A stretch of 64,000 nucleotides of DNA from Tubulanus polymorphus. Its lineage: Eukaryota; Animalia; Nemertea. Each line of letters begins with the position of its first letter. Within the stretch, counting starts at the first letter, position 1. The notes below the pieces were generated by a model. The model did no database searches, was not told where the DNA came from, and saw only the letters and a list, made by a program, of their open reading frames with translations. A program made the position numbers and the translations under genes. Of this stretch, positions 1 to 15,779 are shown in pieces. The stretch is from assembly GCF_964204645.1 (NCBI RefSeq), contig NC_134028.1:20456345-20520344 (forward strand), read 5' to 3'.

Positions 1-488
1 TCAATTAGATCTTAATCGATTTACTCAATTACAATAATTAGAACAGCATTGAATTAGTTTACCTTCACAGAAGTCGAAAATGTGTAATTAAGTAATTAAT
101 GTCAGTCGCCAGTGTTTTATTAATGAGATGTGCTCCTCTCTCACGTGTCGGGTTTGAGTGACAGATGATCCCGGTATAAAACAATCTGATGAGACATCAA
201 CAAATCAGTTCAGCCAATGACTAGTCATCATCATCACTTTCATTGAATTAGCGGATAATCAGTAAGCGCGGGATTAACGAATTAACATTCAATCGATGAT
301 TTATGGATTACCACTCATAGGATTTAAAGATTACAATGGATTATTACGCCGTTAAAACGATTGTGTTGATTTCAGTAATCTATTTAGTAACGGGTTAGTC
401 TTCATATCTTATCGATAATGACAATAAAGTTATTAAATTATCAGATGATAAATGATAATATTGAAATGTTGTTTTTCATCAATTAAAG

Positions 489-3480
<2,992 letters not shown>

Positions 3481-5701
3481 AAGAAGAAGAACTTGAAGAA
3501 ACAAAACAAGCAGAAAAGAAGAGGAAAAATGCCGTTGTTGTTACGATCATTAGGAGGTGTCGTAATTGGTGATGAGTTCGAGAACGCCATATTGGATTAG
3601 AACGGGCGAGATCCTACATAATGATAAAACCTGTTCTGAAAAAATGTTGACTTTAAGATTAGTAAAAAAATTCAGAAAGATTTAGTGAAAAAAATGTTTG
3701 TGTCTAGCGGAAAAATTATTGATATGATAATTGATTCTTGGTGTTCTTTTTTTCTGTTGCTGCTGCTGCTGTTGTTGAGGTTGTTGTTGTTAATTAAACT
3801 TTTTATTTCAGAGTTTTCAGGATTTAAAGTCATTTCGTAGAAAATGTAGAATATTTCTATATTTTTTTGGCATTGTTTTCAATGTCTTTATCTCTAACAT
3901 TGCTTAACATATATATATACACTGTACGATTTTGTTATCATATTGCGACTTTGTTTTGCAGGTTGCAATTAGTATGTTTTTGTAAATTTTTGTATTTTTA
4001 TATAATTCTTTAACTCAAATTCAATGTCTTGACGTTTGTAATGTTACAACTTTTATATACTGTGCTCAAATAATGAATTTAGATTGTATTGATTTGTTAC
4101 TAAAATATCTGGTTTTTTCAGGATTGTAAATAATCGTATGTTTTTATAACATTTGTTTGAAATAAAACATTTGATATCATTTATAAACAATTTGTCGTCA
4201 AACTTCACTTATCCGCAATATCATCATCGTGTCTTGAGTAGGGTGGTGATACTCGAACATCTCCGAAGAAATCAAATCATGAAAATAATGTTCAAGTTCG
4301 ATCTCCTGCTGTGTATGCCTGTTTAACCAAACAATTTTCATCGATGAGCAGGGATTTTATTCGATCCCAGGATCTCCTCCGTAATTACGAGTCTGCATAT
4401 TTGATATTGTATATTTCATTTTGTCAGGGGTCGCCGGTCGTCACAGGGTGCCCACAACTTGCGAGGGTCGTGTCTAGCTATTATTGTACATGCCGGGGCC
4501 ACCAGTTGTCCTCGCGGGATATATTCTGCCGAATATTGAATCAGCCGTCAACATTCAAAGCAAATCTTGATTCTGATTGGGGCAGTTTATCTGATATCAA
4601 GACAATCCATCTGAAGCCATCTTCAAAACTTATCTGGAAAATATCTTCAAAACTTATCAAAAATATCTGGACTCACGTGAAAAGGAGGTAGCCACTTTAA
4701 ACAGATGTGGAACGAAACAAAATATGAGAGATAGGAATAAACCATTTTACAGTTGCTAGCCGCCATTTTGTTAGGGTACTTTTGTCCCGTATTGTTGGGT
4801 CATTTTTTTCTATTTTTTAAAAACTATCCGTGATGCGTGTTGTATCATATTTCATCTGTCCATGGATGGATTTTGACAACTTCAGCAACATTCAAACCGC
4901 GTGAATCTCTAGTTTTCAGTTATGTAAAAATCATTTCTCAAATTTACAACAATGCGACATGAGAGCGATATAAAAATCGGTGGTCAGTTTTTGCCGTGCG
5001 CATAGAAATCAAGGGTACTGAACTTTGAAGTTCGTTATTTTCAGAAATGATTTTCTAAAAAATCCAAGCATTTCAAGAACTGTGCGCATAAATGCCCCCT
5101 TTCAGGTGAACTTTGAAATTTTAAGATATCTTGCCTAGTTTTTTTTCTATGGCACTTTAACTGCAGCGCATGTATTGTCATTCCGAGATTCGGCGCTGTT
5201 TTCTTTGCGTGTATTTCAGTATATGGGTGTTATTTTTTCATTTTTACTACACTTGTCTCTACGGAAAATGGTTTTAATTGTTGGTACGAGTATCAGGTTT
5301 TAATATTACGTCATTTTTTAGAATTGAGCTAATTCAAGCCCCATCAATTTATCTATAGACCATTCTGAAAAAAAAATGGGATACAACGAATATCAATTAG
5401 CTTCAAACACCTGCAAAATCAATTCGTTCACTTCGCAAATCTACAATAGACGAAATGCTCGCGCTTAAATGATTTCAGCATTTTCAGATCGAGTCATTAA
5501 ATCAGATTTGATATTCAAAAGCAGCTAGGATGACTTGTATTCTGCGAGATACTTTGATGAATATCAACAGTTCGATTGACATGTACATGTTTATGGGATT
5601 CTAAGTCTATAACAAACGACTGCATTGAGTTCGGGATTAAGTTATTTCTATGCGGTATTTTGTCTCCGAAAGCTCCTCTATCAAAAAGGAATTAAGTCTG
5701 G

Positions 5702-6278
5702 TATATATAAACAGAGATGAAAATCTAAACATTAAACTCTCATCGAAAGCTTTTCGACTTGTCACAGAGTGAAAGATTCCGTAAGTAGATATATGTTCTT
5801 TGTTTTTAGTTTTACTGTATTTTTGTTGAAAGTGTAGCATTCAATCCTTAGTCAAATTATAGAAAATAGAAAGATTGGCCAGTTTGTATGACTACATCTA
5901 CCTATCATAGAATCGAAAGTGTAGTTGTTAACATATTTAACACCATTGGTAAAAATGGCAAATTCTATTCTACAAGAGGGAATACATTACATGTATATTG
6001 GTAACTAATGACTTGGTTTAATGTTGACCTCATCATTCAGTGAGCTAATATCAGTGCAAATGAGTCAACCCCTGATCAACACCGCGCCCATATCGGTCAT
6101 TTTGATTTTTTGGCGAGTATAGGGTATGGCGTTATTTCAAAGGCTGATTTTGACCAGTTTCGAGACAAATTATCTGTTCCGTTCTCGACAGTAAACCCGG
6201 CTTAAAACGGGATTGGCGGTATATCGGGGATTTACTGTATTTTCTATATGATAATAATCTGGAATTCATTGATTACAG
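5702..6278 (+). promoter_or_regulatory. TATA box, short non-coding first exon and intron of the peptide gene (copy 1)
   Basis: TATATATAAA at about 5702, donor GTAAGT at 5781, acceptor TTACAG ending 6278, 13 nt before the ATG. The same layout is conserved in copy 2 (27777, 27856, 28343). Confidence 0.6.
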
Positions 6279-6291
6279 ACGAATCGGTAAA

Positions 6292-6531
6292 ATGAAATTG
6301 TCGGCAGTTTTTGTGTTGTGTTTTTGACTGGTGGTCACCGTTACTGGTGATCAAATAGAACGAGCTCTCCGAGACGCTGAGACTGCTGGACACGATCCGC
6401 TGGAGTTGATGGAGGCCAGACGAACAGTTCAACTGATGAAACGAGGATGGTTCAAGAAACTCTGGAAAGGAATCAAGAAACACTGTTCTATTTTTTACAA
6501 CCGAGGCTTCACAGCTCAATGCAGTGGTTAG
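6292..6531 (+). pseudogene. cationic prepro-peptide gene, copy 1, with a nonsense codon in the signal peptide
   Basis: Colinear with 28357-28596, but codon 12 is TGA (6325-6327) instead of TTA. The mature region reads GWFKKLWKGIKKHCSIFYNRGFTAQCSG. Confidence 0.85.
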
Positions 6532-6624
6532 AATAATGAAATATGCTAAAACATTTAAAAACATGAATAAATAAACGTTAATCGAGCAGCAATTGAATAC
6601 ACCTTGAGTTTATTCAATCCTATG

Positions 6625-8230
6625 TTCAGATGATCAACAATCATAACAATTCAGTCAATATTCAACGCCCCCTGGTGACCATATACAAAAACCAATGACC
6701 TTGAAACTCACAATCATGGAACATGTCAGCAGCTACGATTTTGTAATCGATAATGTGATAAAAAATATGCCTAAGTACCAATATAATATGGAAATGCTAA
6801 GCATTCTACTATTCAACGCCCCCTGGTGATCATATGCAAAACCCGATGACATCGAAACTCACCACAATTATAGAACATGTCATGAGCTACAACGGGCGCA
6901 AAACGAACATCATAGAGCAAAAACGAAAATTGTCCTCAAAAACTTCAAAAATGTGTGAAAAGTGCTGATTTTGGCGTACAACAATGGCTGTGCCAGTAGG
7001 CCATCTTGATTCTACCAAGGCCGGTTTTTGGGCTGAAGATGTGTCTTGGGTAGATAGTATAGTATAGTAGTTTATTTGTCACCATCAATATGTACAAATG
7101 AAAAATAACAAAATAGGTTATTTAAAGACAATGAGGTGACAGGAGTCTGAATAGATACATGTATAACCCAAATATCGAGACATTACATTGAAGCGTCTTT
7201 TTCCAAAAATTTCCAAAAATAACTGAATTCCGTCTACGAGTAGATACGTGAAAGGTCGAGACGGGAATGGTGTCCAAGGAGCTGCCCTAGAAAGTAGGGA
7301 CAGATGTAATGGGTCGAGACGGGAACATGGTGTCCAAGGGGATGTCTAGAGAAGAGAACCTGACTAGAACAGCGCGTGGTCCTACGAGAAAGACAACGTG
7401 TCATAAGTTTATCAATCATATTCATTTTTCAGAAAAATTCATACACTCTTGACCTAGAAGAATTACATTTGAATTGATAAATAGCAAAATAAAACAATAA
7501 GCAAAAAGCCCCCGAACGTGAATTTTGAGAGATTTGAATCGAGAAACTCGATTTGTAGAAACCAAATGTTAAACTCGTGTCATTCATCGAATATTTAATT
7601 ACAATAGGAAAGTTTCCAGTTACCAGGTGCCATTTTCAGCGTGTCTCACATTGTCGCGCAGATTTTAACATGTTCAAAACTAAAACCTTTAGTGCGATTC
7701 ATTGTCGTCCATCCCTTCTTAGGCACAAAATCTAAACTTTTGAATCGTTAGAAAGTTGACAATGTTTTTTTCTGATTATTTATTTCATTTTTCTCGGCTG
7801 CAACAATCCGATACAAAAAAAGATGCGCGTCACTTTTAGGAAGGCGCCTCAAAAAATTGGTAATTCTGTGTTATTGGCTGTAACTTTTAAACTTTCTGAG
7901 ATACAATTTAGAATTTTTCACTTGAGATAGAGTTTCATCTGAGGATTTTGTTTATACTGCATTCGTAAAACTATCTTCATAGAAACGCGCGTGACCACGG
8001 GTTGATCAGTGAAAAGCGTGCAAGTGGTCGATTTTCTGCATACGCGGGTTAAGCTATTTTCACGGCAATTTTCAAACTTTTAAAGATTTTCAAGATCAAA
8101 ATTCCATGTTGAATTGCTCAGCTCATATATACATGGTAGATAGTTAATCTGTATTTGCGACACAACTCTACTAGGCCAAGGTCGGTGGAGACTAATGATG
8201 GCGGCTTGTCAAAAAACTGAAAATTTTCAC
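6625..8230. repeat. non-coding interspersed repeat block; recurs at about 28690-30300, inverted at about 47980-50190, and partly at 50574-51290
   Basis: Internal direct repeats CAACGCCCCCTGGTGA x2 and GGTCGAGACGGGAA..TGGTGTCCAAGG x2. Probably non-autonomous transposon remains; family not determined. Confidence 0.55.
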
Positions 8231-8349
8231 TTTAAAGACGATTTTACAGCTTGATGAGAATCAGTTGATACGACTGGTGTTCACAGTTTGACTGAGGCCC
8301 AGTTGTCCCCGGCCCTTATTATGAATAAACAAAAAATAAACAATTTCAG

Positions 8350-8881
8350 ACTTATTTCCCGTTCGCATTGCTTTGTGGGAGTTTTTATAACAGTTGATTT
8401 ACAGTCGGGCTCAGTTAAACCTCGTCTCAAAAGAGAAACCACTGTCACAGTATTTAATACCGTACGACTTCAGGTTTAATTCACTCGTCTGTAAGAAATA
8501 TCTCGGCGGACAGGAATGTGAAAAATGGCGTTCGTTGCCGGACAGCCAGACACAGCTGTCAGTGACAGCCGGAAGACACGCCCACACATCGGTCACACCT
8601 ACAGGTGCAGTTGTTTGAGTGGAGGACTGGGAACCAAGAGGTCCCTAGATCGAAACCACATCTGGCTGTCCAGACACATGCATGGACTAAGCTCTGGTAA
8701 CTCTGTCAGGTTGTGAGCCATAACAACCTATAAAAAGGCCTTGGTCGTCTCTTAAGAACCACTAGGGTTACACTGTTACTTGTGCTGGGACCCAAAACTC
8801 GTCTAATTACACGCTAGGTGGCGTTACAGCAATAGAAACTTGTCCTATGTATTGGACACCGTCTGAAACAACTGGAAGCTC
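8350..8881 (+). pseudogene. class B (secretin-family) GPCR ectodomain exon remnants, with SINE-like insert
   Basis: Homologous to 60591-61093 (VCKKYL..QECEKWRS; TLGGVTAIETCPMYW); frameshifts and an internal deletion. Confidence 0.7.
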
Positions 8882-9153
8882 GTAAGTAGCACCTGCTAAG
8901 AGGTTCCCGGGTTACTTGTAAGTAATTTCCGCACACCTCTTTTGGGGGAACTGTAAACTGCGAATCGTCAATGAAATCAATACATCACTTAATTCATTTC
9001 TAATGCCAAAAGAATTATTTATTTGCATTTTCAAGCATTGACACAAATTTTAATCGTATAGAACAAGGAAACGCGAAACCTACAGAATTAGAAAATACAT
9101 CTTCTAGTATAATGCGATGCTGTTCAAATTATCCATCATTTCTATATACATAT

Positions 9154-9302
9154 CTAGTTTTCTAGTTTTTTCAATGCATTTTTCAGAGATTTCAAATGGT
9201 TTCTTAGATCTTTGGCATTATTTCGTACGTAATCGAAAATCAGCGATTTGCCTTGTTTTGACTTGAAGACTTTCGACAAAACGCTAGGTAGTTGTGAACC
9301 TT
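9154..9302 (-). pseudogene. family X fragment (3' half of the last exon only)
   Basis: Minus strand reads GSQLPSVLSKVFKSKQGKSLIFDYVRNNAKDLRNHLKSLKNALKKLEN*; the 5' part is replaced by unrelated sequence. Confidence 0.85.
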
Positions 9303-9554
9303 ATTTTTGGAAATGAGTTGTTGTAGGAAGTCTATATTCGGGATTGGAAACTTCCGCGGAATCCTCAAAAGATTGGATTCGAACCGTTTACGGTATGTTC
9401 CATTGCGCATGTCTATTGCACGCGACAGAACAATAATCTCCCGTTCGATATGGCTTCGATGTTAGACGTGAAAGATGAAACTAGGAAAAGACTTTCATAT
9501 TTGAGTGTTTTGCGAGTTGATATCGATATTGTTTATAGGTAATTCGATTTTCAG

Positions 9555-10213
9555 ACTTATTTCCCGTTCGCATTGCTTTGTGGGAGATTTTATAACAGTT
9601 GATTTACAGTCGGGCTCAGTTAAACCTCGTCTCAAGAGAGAAACCACTGTCACAGTATTTAATACCGGCCGGACGCCTTCAGGTTTAATTCACTCGTCTG
9701 TCAGAAATATCTCGGCGGACAAGAATGTAAAAAATGGTATTCGTTGCCGTACAGCCAGACACAGCTGTTAGCGACAGCTGGAAGACACGCCCGCACATCG
9801 GTCACACCTACAGGTATCAGCTCTCTTACTGAACATGTCAAGTTGAAACTTATATCTTTTTTCTGGCGCTTCTAAACTGTTTAATTTGTTTTGAACCGAA
9901 TTACTTGTTATCGTTGAGATTGGGGTCTCGTGCAGTTGTTTGAGTGGAGGACTGGGAACCAAGAGGTCCCTAGATCTAAACCACATCTGGCGTTGGCTGT
10001 CGAGACACATGCATGGACTCAGCTCTGGTAACTCTGTCAGGTTGTGAGCCATAACAACCTATAAAAAGGCCTTGGCCGTCTCTTAAGAACCACTAGGGTT
10101 ACAGTGTTACTCGCTGCTGGGACGAAAAACTCTTCTTATCACATGCTAGGTGGCGTTACGGCAATATAAACTTGTACTATGTATTGGACACCGTCTGAAA
10201 CAACTGGAAGCTC
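9555..10213 (+). pseudogene. class B GPCR ectodomain exon remnants, second tandem copy, with SINE-like insert
   Basis: Near-duplicate of 8350-8881; retains RQLEDT; frameshifted. Confidence 0.7.
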
Positions 10214-10485
10214 GTAAGTATCACCTGCTAAGAGGTTCCCGGGTACTTGTAAGTAATATCCGCACACCCCTTTCTGGAGAACTGTAAACTGCGAATCGTC
10301 AATGAAATCAATACATCACTAAATTCATTTCTAATGCCAAAAGAATTATTTATTTGCATTTTCAAGCACTGATACAAATTTGAATCGTATAGAACAAGGA
10401 AACGCGAAACCTACGGAATTAGAACATACATCTTCTAGTATAATGCGATGCAGGTCAAATTATCCATCATTTCTAAATACTTTTT

Positions 10486-11018
10486 CTAGTTTTCTTTATT
10501 TTTTTTCAATGCATTTTTCAGAGATTTCAAATTGTTTCTTAGATCTTTGGCATTTTTTCTTACGTAATCGATAATCAGCGATTTGCCTTGTTTTGACTGA
10601 AATACTTTCGCCAAAACGCTAGGTAGTTGTGAACCTTTTAACTTTAGATCGTCCAAGATCTTGCTGTTGACGATAGTTTCGCAATCTAATTTGCTCAGTG
10701 GTCCCGATATGACCTTGCCGTAATGTTCGACAGCAAGAGATGATACCTGTCGATGAAACCAAACACATTATTGATAATGCTATTTCCCGGAAAACCCTTT
10801 AAATACAACACTGAGATTATAAGAATTTTAAGAGGTTATAGTGAGTGTAGCTGCGATGGATTAACACACGTGATATGATTGAAAAAACGCTTTTTGACGA
10901 TTACAGCGTTTTCTCTTTATAGACAGATATTTACCTTGCGACATGTACTTTCATCAATGGCATCGGTTGAAACCCAGAAAACGGCCAGAAAAACCACCAA
11001 AAAACTGATCAATTTCAT
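10486..11018 (-). CDS. family X secreted protein, copy A (114 aa); coding exons 11018-10935 and 10746-10486
   Basis: MKLISFLVVFLAVFWVSTDA-IDESTCRK|VSSLAVEHYGKVISGPLSKLDCETIVNSKILDDLKLKGSQLPSVLAKVFQSKQGKSLIIDYVRKNAKDLRNNLKSLKNALKKNKEN*. Signal peptide, phase-0 GT-AG intron, open frame. Confidence 0.85.
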
Positions 11019-11879
11019 GTTGTCTCCGTAAAACTGTAATCAGATCATAGAAATAGAGATTGGTTTCCGGCAGTGTAAGAACTGGAGACTGGTCCCCGGC
11101 TGTTTCAGAACTACAGATATCATGAGTGATCTTACCTGTTTAATGTGTGTTGAGATTTAACGTGATGTCAAAGCGACTGACGAATGTTTCATTTTGTCGA
11201 TTGAATCATGCGAGTTTTATACATATTTTGGGCTGAATAATATTTGATCAGAAGTTGCTGAACGGCTTCACATTAAACATCCCACTCAGTAGATTTAATA
11301 CCAACTATTTACAGGATCGAGATTCGATTATTTCTGCTTTGTTTAATCTGTCTGCATCTGTTTTTCTACTGTATATTGCTGGAAATTTGAAGGACGATGG
11401 AGGTTTTACATTTCAATCGACAATTCCACGAAAGAGTCAACTTATTATTGTAAATAAACTCATTTTAACTAAACTCATAAAAGATAAACTCATTTTAACT
11501 CTTGAGTCAAATTCAACTGAACTTAGGTACTTTGTCCAGGACAGTGTAAATGGATCCTAGAAACAAGTCTAGAAGTGTGAAACTTGGTCAAAAACTGTAG
11601 AAGTAGGTCCAGAACTGGATCTATTATGCGGCTTTCATGAATTATATTTATGGGCTTTCAGGAATATTATTGAGCTTCAGTTATTTCAGTTGTTAAACTA
11701 TAGCAACAAGTAATGTACGGAAACTGAATTTCATGGCCAGTGTTGCTATTATCAGACAACCTGCGTTGATGCTTGCGTCACACGTATAAAACAATAACAG
11801 TAAGAAGATTTTAACAGAAACCCGATACTGGAGAAATGACACGACCGCAACACTGGTTAACATTTAGAAACCATACCAG

Positions 11880-13290
11880 ATCCACAACACTGTCGAAGTA
11901 GGCCTAGAAATGTGGACCTGGGTCCACAACTATGAAGTAGGTCCACAACTGTGAAACTGGGCCCACAACTGCAGAAGTAGGTTTAGAAGACAGTGTGGAA
12001 CTGGGTAATCGTGTCGAAGAAGGTCCAGATTACTGTGGACCGTAGAAGTATGTCCAGAAGTGTGGAACTGGGTCCATAGAAGTGGGTCCAGAAGTGTGGA
12101 ATTGGATCCACAACTGTCGAATAGGTCCAGCACTGTATGACTGGATCGACAACTGTAGAAGCAGGTCCAAAATTGTGTAACTGGATCCACAACTGTAGAA
12201 ATAAATCGACGAGAAGTCGTTCAATTTGAAGAATGAAAGTTTTGCATATTTGATGGGCGCTGTGATAATATATGGATTAGGGTGTCTAAAAATTCAGTTC
12301 AAAGATTGAAAATGAACTTATTTTGACGATAAATACCAGTGTTAAAACATCATTTTGTCTGAACACCGTCCGGGGCTTATTCAGACGGTACCCCTAGACT
12401 TCATCGCCCCCTTCCCATTTAAATTCATTAAATTTACTCAGGTTTACAATTCATGAGCATACAGATTTGTCGGCATGAATTCAAACCGTGGCAGAAACTT
12501 CAAGACATGACTTGGAGTATTTGCCATGGAGGTGATCTGATAAAACCGACCATTGTCATCTAATTAAAACAAAATAATTACTGGTCGGTTTAAATAGAAT
12601 CTAACTGGTGATCAATGCAATCAATGATTTTATTGATATTCACTGCGTTAAAACAATCGACGTAATGCGTTATTTTCGCCCATTCTCCCCAAACTAAACA
12701 AGTTCTCGTCGATTTATTGCAAATACAGAAAAAACACAGAATATGTAAGTCAAAACGTCCTTTTTTCAGGTTGAGACCAAATTCTGTAGTTTTGCCCATG
12801 AGTTCCACACTCCTGGACCAAGTTCCATAAAACGAGATTCTGTTCCACAGTTCTGGATCTATTTCCACGTGTGGACCCAATTCTTTAGTTCTGCATGGAC
12901 CCTCCAGTTGTAGACCCAGCTACGCAGTTCTGAATCTATTTCTACCGTTTTGGATCCAGTTCCACGGTAATGGAGATACGTCTACAGCTTGGTCCCAGTT
13001 CCACAATTATGGTTCTACTTCTACAGTTGTGGATCCAGTTCCAGCTGGACGCATTTCAACCATTGTGGATCGGTTATATAGTTCTGGACCCGCTTCTACA
13101 GTTGTGGACCCTGTTCCACAGTTCTGGATCTACTTCTACAGTTTAAGACCCAGTTCCACACTTCTGGACCCGTTTCTACAGTTGTTGGCCAAGTTCCACA
13201 GTTGTGGACCTACCCCTACAGTTGCGGTCATGACTCCGCACTTCTGGATTTTGCTTATTTGGGATCCAGCGCCACAGTCCTGGACAAAGT
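11880..13290. repeat. degenerate 20/40-bp minisatellite (consensus approx. CCACAGTTCTGGACCTACTTCTACAGTTGTGGACCCAGTT), as two oppositely oriented arrays between copies A and B
   Basis: Reverse orientation at 11880-12200 and forward at 12800-13290. Also at 17390-17860, 19920-20560, 34080-35500, 45620-46140, 55040-55140, 56920-57410 and 62680-63110. Confidence 0.85.
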
Positions 13291-13613
13291 TCCTAAGTTC
13301 GGTTGAATTTGACTCAAGAGTTTGAAAATGAGTTCATTTTCAATAAGTTGCCTCTCTGTGAAATTGTGGAACTGTAGAACCGGAAGTATTTCGTATGATA
13401 TTTGAATCTAAAGTTTTAATCTAGTCTTTTACAATAATCAATTCATGTGTGCATAAAAAATATGTCGAACCTCCATCGTCCTTCAAATTTCCAGCAATAT
13501 ACAGTAGAAAAACAGGGCCAGACAGATTAAACAAAGCAAAAATAATCGAATCGATCCTTTAAATAGTTTGGAATTAATTCAGCAACTTCTGATCAAATAT
13601 TATTCAGCCCGAA

Positions 13614-13773
13614 ATATATAAAACTGGCAAAATTCAATCGACAAAATGAGACATTCGTCAGTCGCTTCAACAGCACGTTAAATCTCAACACACATTATAC
13701 AGGTAAGATCAATTCTAATATCGGTAGTTCTGACTGCCGGGAACCAGTCTCCAGTTCTATGATCTGATTGCAG
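13614..13773 (+). promoter_or_regulatory. TATA box, non-coding first exon and short intron of family X copy B
   Basis: ATATATAAAA at 13614, Inr-like TCAGTC at 13658, donor CAG|GTAAGAT at 13702, acceptor TTGCAG ending 13773. The layout is conserved across the full-length copies. Confidence 0.65.
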
Positions 13774-13788
13774 TTTTTCGGATACAAC

Positions 13789-14495
13789 ATGAAATTGATA
13801 AGTTTTTTTGTGGTTTTTCTGGCCGTTCTCTGGGCTTCAACCGATGCCATTGATGAAAGTACATGTCGCAAGGTAAATATCTGTTAGTCATATCACGTGT
13901 GTTAATCCATCGCAGCTACACTCCTGAACCTAAAGTCTACAAATCTCCTTGATCCTACGTGCAGTTGATATTACTAAGGGAAAGAAGATTAATTAACGGA
14001 AATACCTCTCAGTATTTGAAACAAATCTCTGAAGATGAGTGGAAGTATTCCACCCGAAACGTTAGAATGAAATAACAACTGTTGTTTAAGATCTATATTG
14101 TGGGTTTTTACGCAGGACTGGAAATAGTCTCAACTATTTATAACCTCTTAGTATAACCTCCTGATAATCGTGACATCAATGTTGTAATTTAGGGGTTCAG
14201 CAGGAAAAACCAATTCAATTACATTTTTATTATATAGGTAGCATCTCTTGCTGTCGAACATTACGGCAAGGCCATATCGGGACCACTGAGCAAATTAGAT
14301 TGCGATACCATCGTTAACAGCAAGATCTTGGACGATCTAAAGTTACAAGGTTCACAACTACCTAGCGTTTTGGCGAAAGTCTTCAAGTCAAAACAAGGCA
14401 AATCGAAGATTTTCGCTTACGTACGAAACAATGTCAACGTCATCAGAAACAATTTGAAAACTTTGAAAGAAGCGTTGAAAAAACAAGAAAACTAG
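13789..14495 (+). CDS. family X secreted protein, copy B (113 aa); coding exons 13789-13872 and 14238-14495
   Basis: MKLISFFVVFLAVLWASTDA-IDESTCRK|VASLAVEHYGKAISGPLSKLDCDTIVNSKILDDLKLQGSQLPSVLAKVFKSKQGKSKIFAYVRNNVNVIRNNLKTLKEALKKQEN*. Confidence 0.85.
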
Positions 14496-14863
14496 AAAAT
14501 TCCATGCATAAATGATCGATAATTCGAGCAACATCGCATTTATACTAGAAGATGTATGTTCTAATTCTATAGATTCCGGGTTTCCTTGTTCTATACGATT
14601 AAAATTTATGTCAATGTTTGAAAATGCAAGTAAATAGTTCTTAGTCGGCATAAAATGAATGTTATGATGTATTGATTTCATTGTCGGTTCGATCGCAGTT
14701 TGCAGTTCCCCCGGAAACCGGTGAGCAGATGAAACGAGTTCCCGGTGTCTCCAGACGGTGTCCAATGCACGGGACAGGTTTTTTCAAGGTTAACATTACG
14801 GGTAAGGGAGTTAGTAGTGGAACGATCTAGCATGCCAATTAACGCAAACGGGAGATTGTGAAT

Positions 14864-15779
14864 AATAATATAATAATATGTTTTCTTTTAAAGCGCAGAT
14901 CTAAGAAATAATCGCTGCGCTTTACAATATAAAACACAATACAGAAAATTGTTAAAATTACACATGCATTATAAAACAATACATAGTAGGTTTTAAGAGT
15001 AGGTTTGGCTAAAAAGGTATGTCTTAAGATTACGTTAAAAAATATCAACGCACGCACTTTCTCTCAGAGATATTGGAAGTTTGTTCCAGAGGATTGGACA
15101 AATACATTTAAAAGATCGACTGCCGTACGAAATACGTGGAATTGGCGTGACTAGAATTGTTTTATCGTGGCTGGAACGCAGAGACCGGGTCGGATTATAT
15201 TGAGACAGAAGGGATTTCAGGTACTCAGGTGCTAGTCCATGTAAACATTTGTATACCCACCATAAAGAGAATCTTATATTCAATCCGCACCGAGATCGGC
15301 AGCCAATGTAAAGACTGTAGGACAGGTGTTATAAGCTCACTCTTCTTTTTCTTGGTGATAAGGCGAGCGGCATTGTTCTGAACGAGCTGAAGGCGCTTGA
15401 TCAAAGTGGCATTGAGCCCACAAGCAGCGAATTGGCATAATCAAGCCTGCTAATCACCAAAGAAACAACGGCTGCTTTGCACGCTGCATCGTCTAACAGA
15501 CTTCGTATTTTACCTATGCAATACAGATGGTAGTTAGCAGTGCGACAAATATTGTTAACATGCTTTGATAAAGACAAATGTTCATCCAAAATTACACCTT
15601 GATTCTTAACATAAGTTGATGGATGGATTTCAATACCATCAATAGTAATATATAAATCACTGGGTAAAAGGCTTTTGGCATATGGTGAACCAAGTATTAC
15701 GAATTCGGTTTTATCGCCGTTAGCTTTTAATTTATTAATTGTCATCCAATTGGACAACACCTGGACAAGTTCAGCTAGC
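14864..15779 (-). mobile_element. 5'-truncated L2-clade LINE (3' end of ORF2 plus tail)
   Basis: Reads WMTINKLKANGDKTE..GVILDEHLSLSKHVNNICR..SRLDYANSLL and YKCLHGLAPEYL..RSLRS..YGSRSF..LWNKLP. (TAT)n tail; TGAAT duplicated at 14859-14863 and 15780-15784; empty sites at about 37090 and 58880. Confidence 0.9.

Noticed and set aside
4735-5318. Kolobok-like MITE (segment absent from the unit 2 paralog; GGCACTTTAA end at about 5160)
   Set aside because: Only one plausible terminus was seen; the difference could be a simple deletion in unit 2
6061-6240. AP-1 (TGAGTCA) and kB-like (GGGGATTTAC) sites in the peptide gene intron
   Set aside because: Short motifs expected by chance; the kB-like site differs in the intact copy
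13789-14495. Assigning family X to saposin-like proteins, globins or nemertean cytolysin A-III
   Set aside because: Only two Cys, no conserved heme His, and no alignable motif by eye; left unassigned
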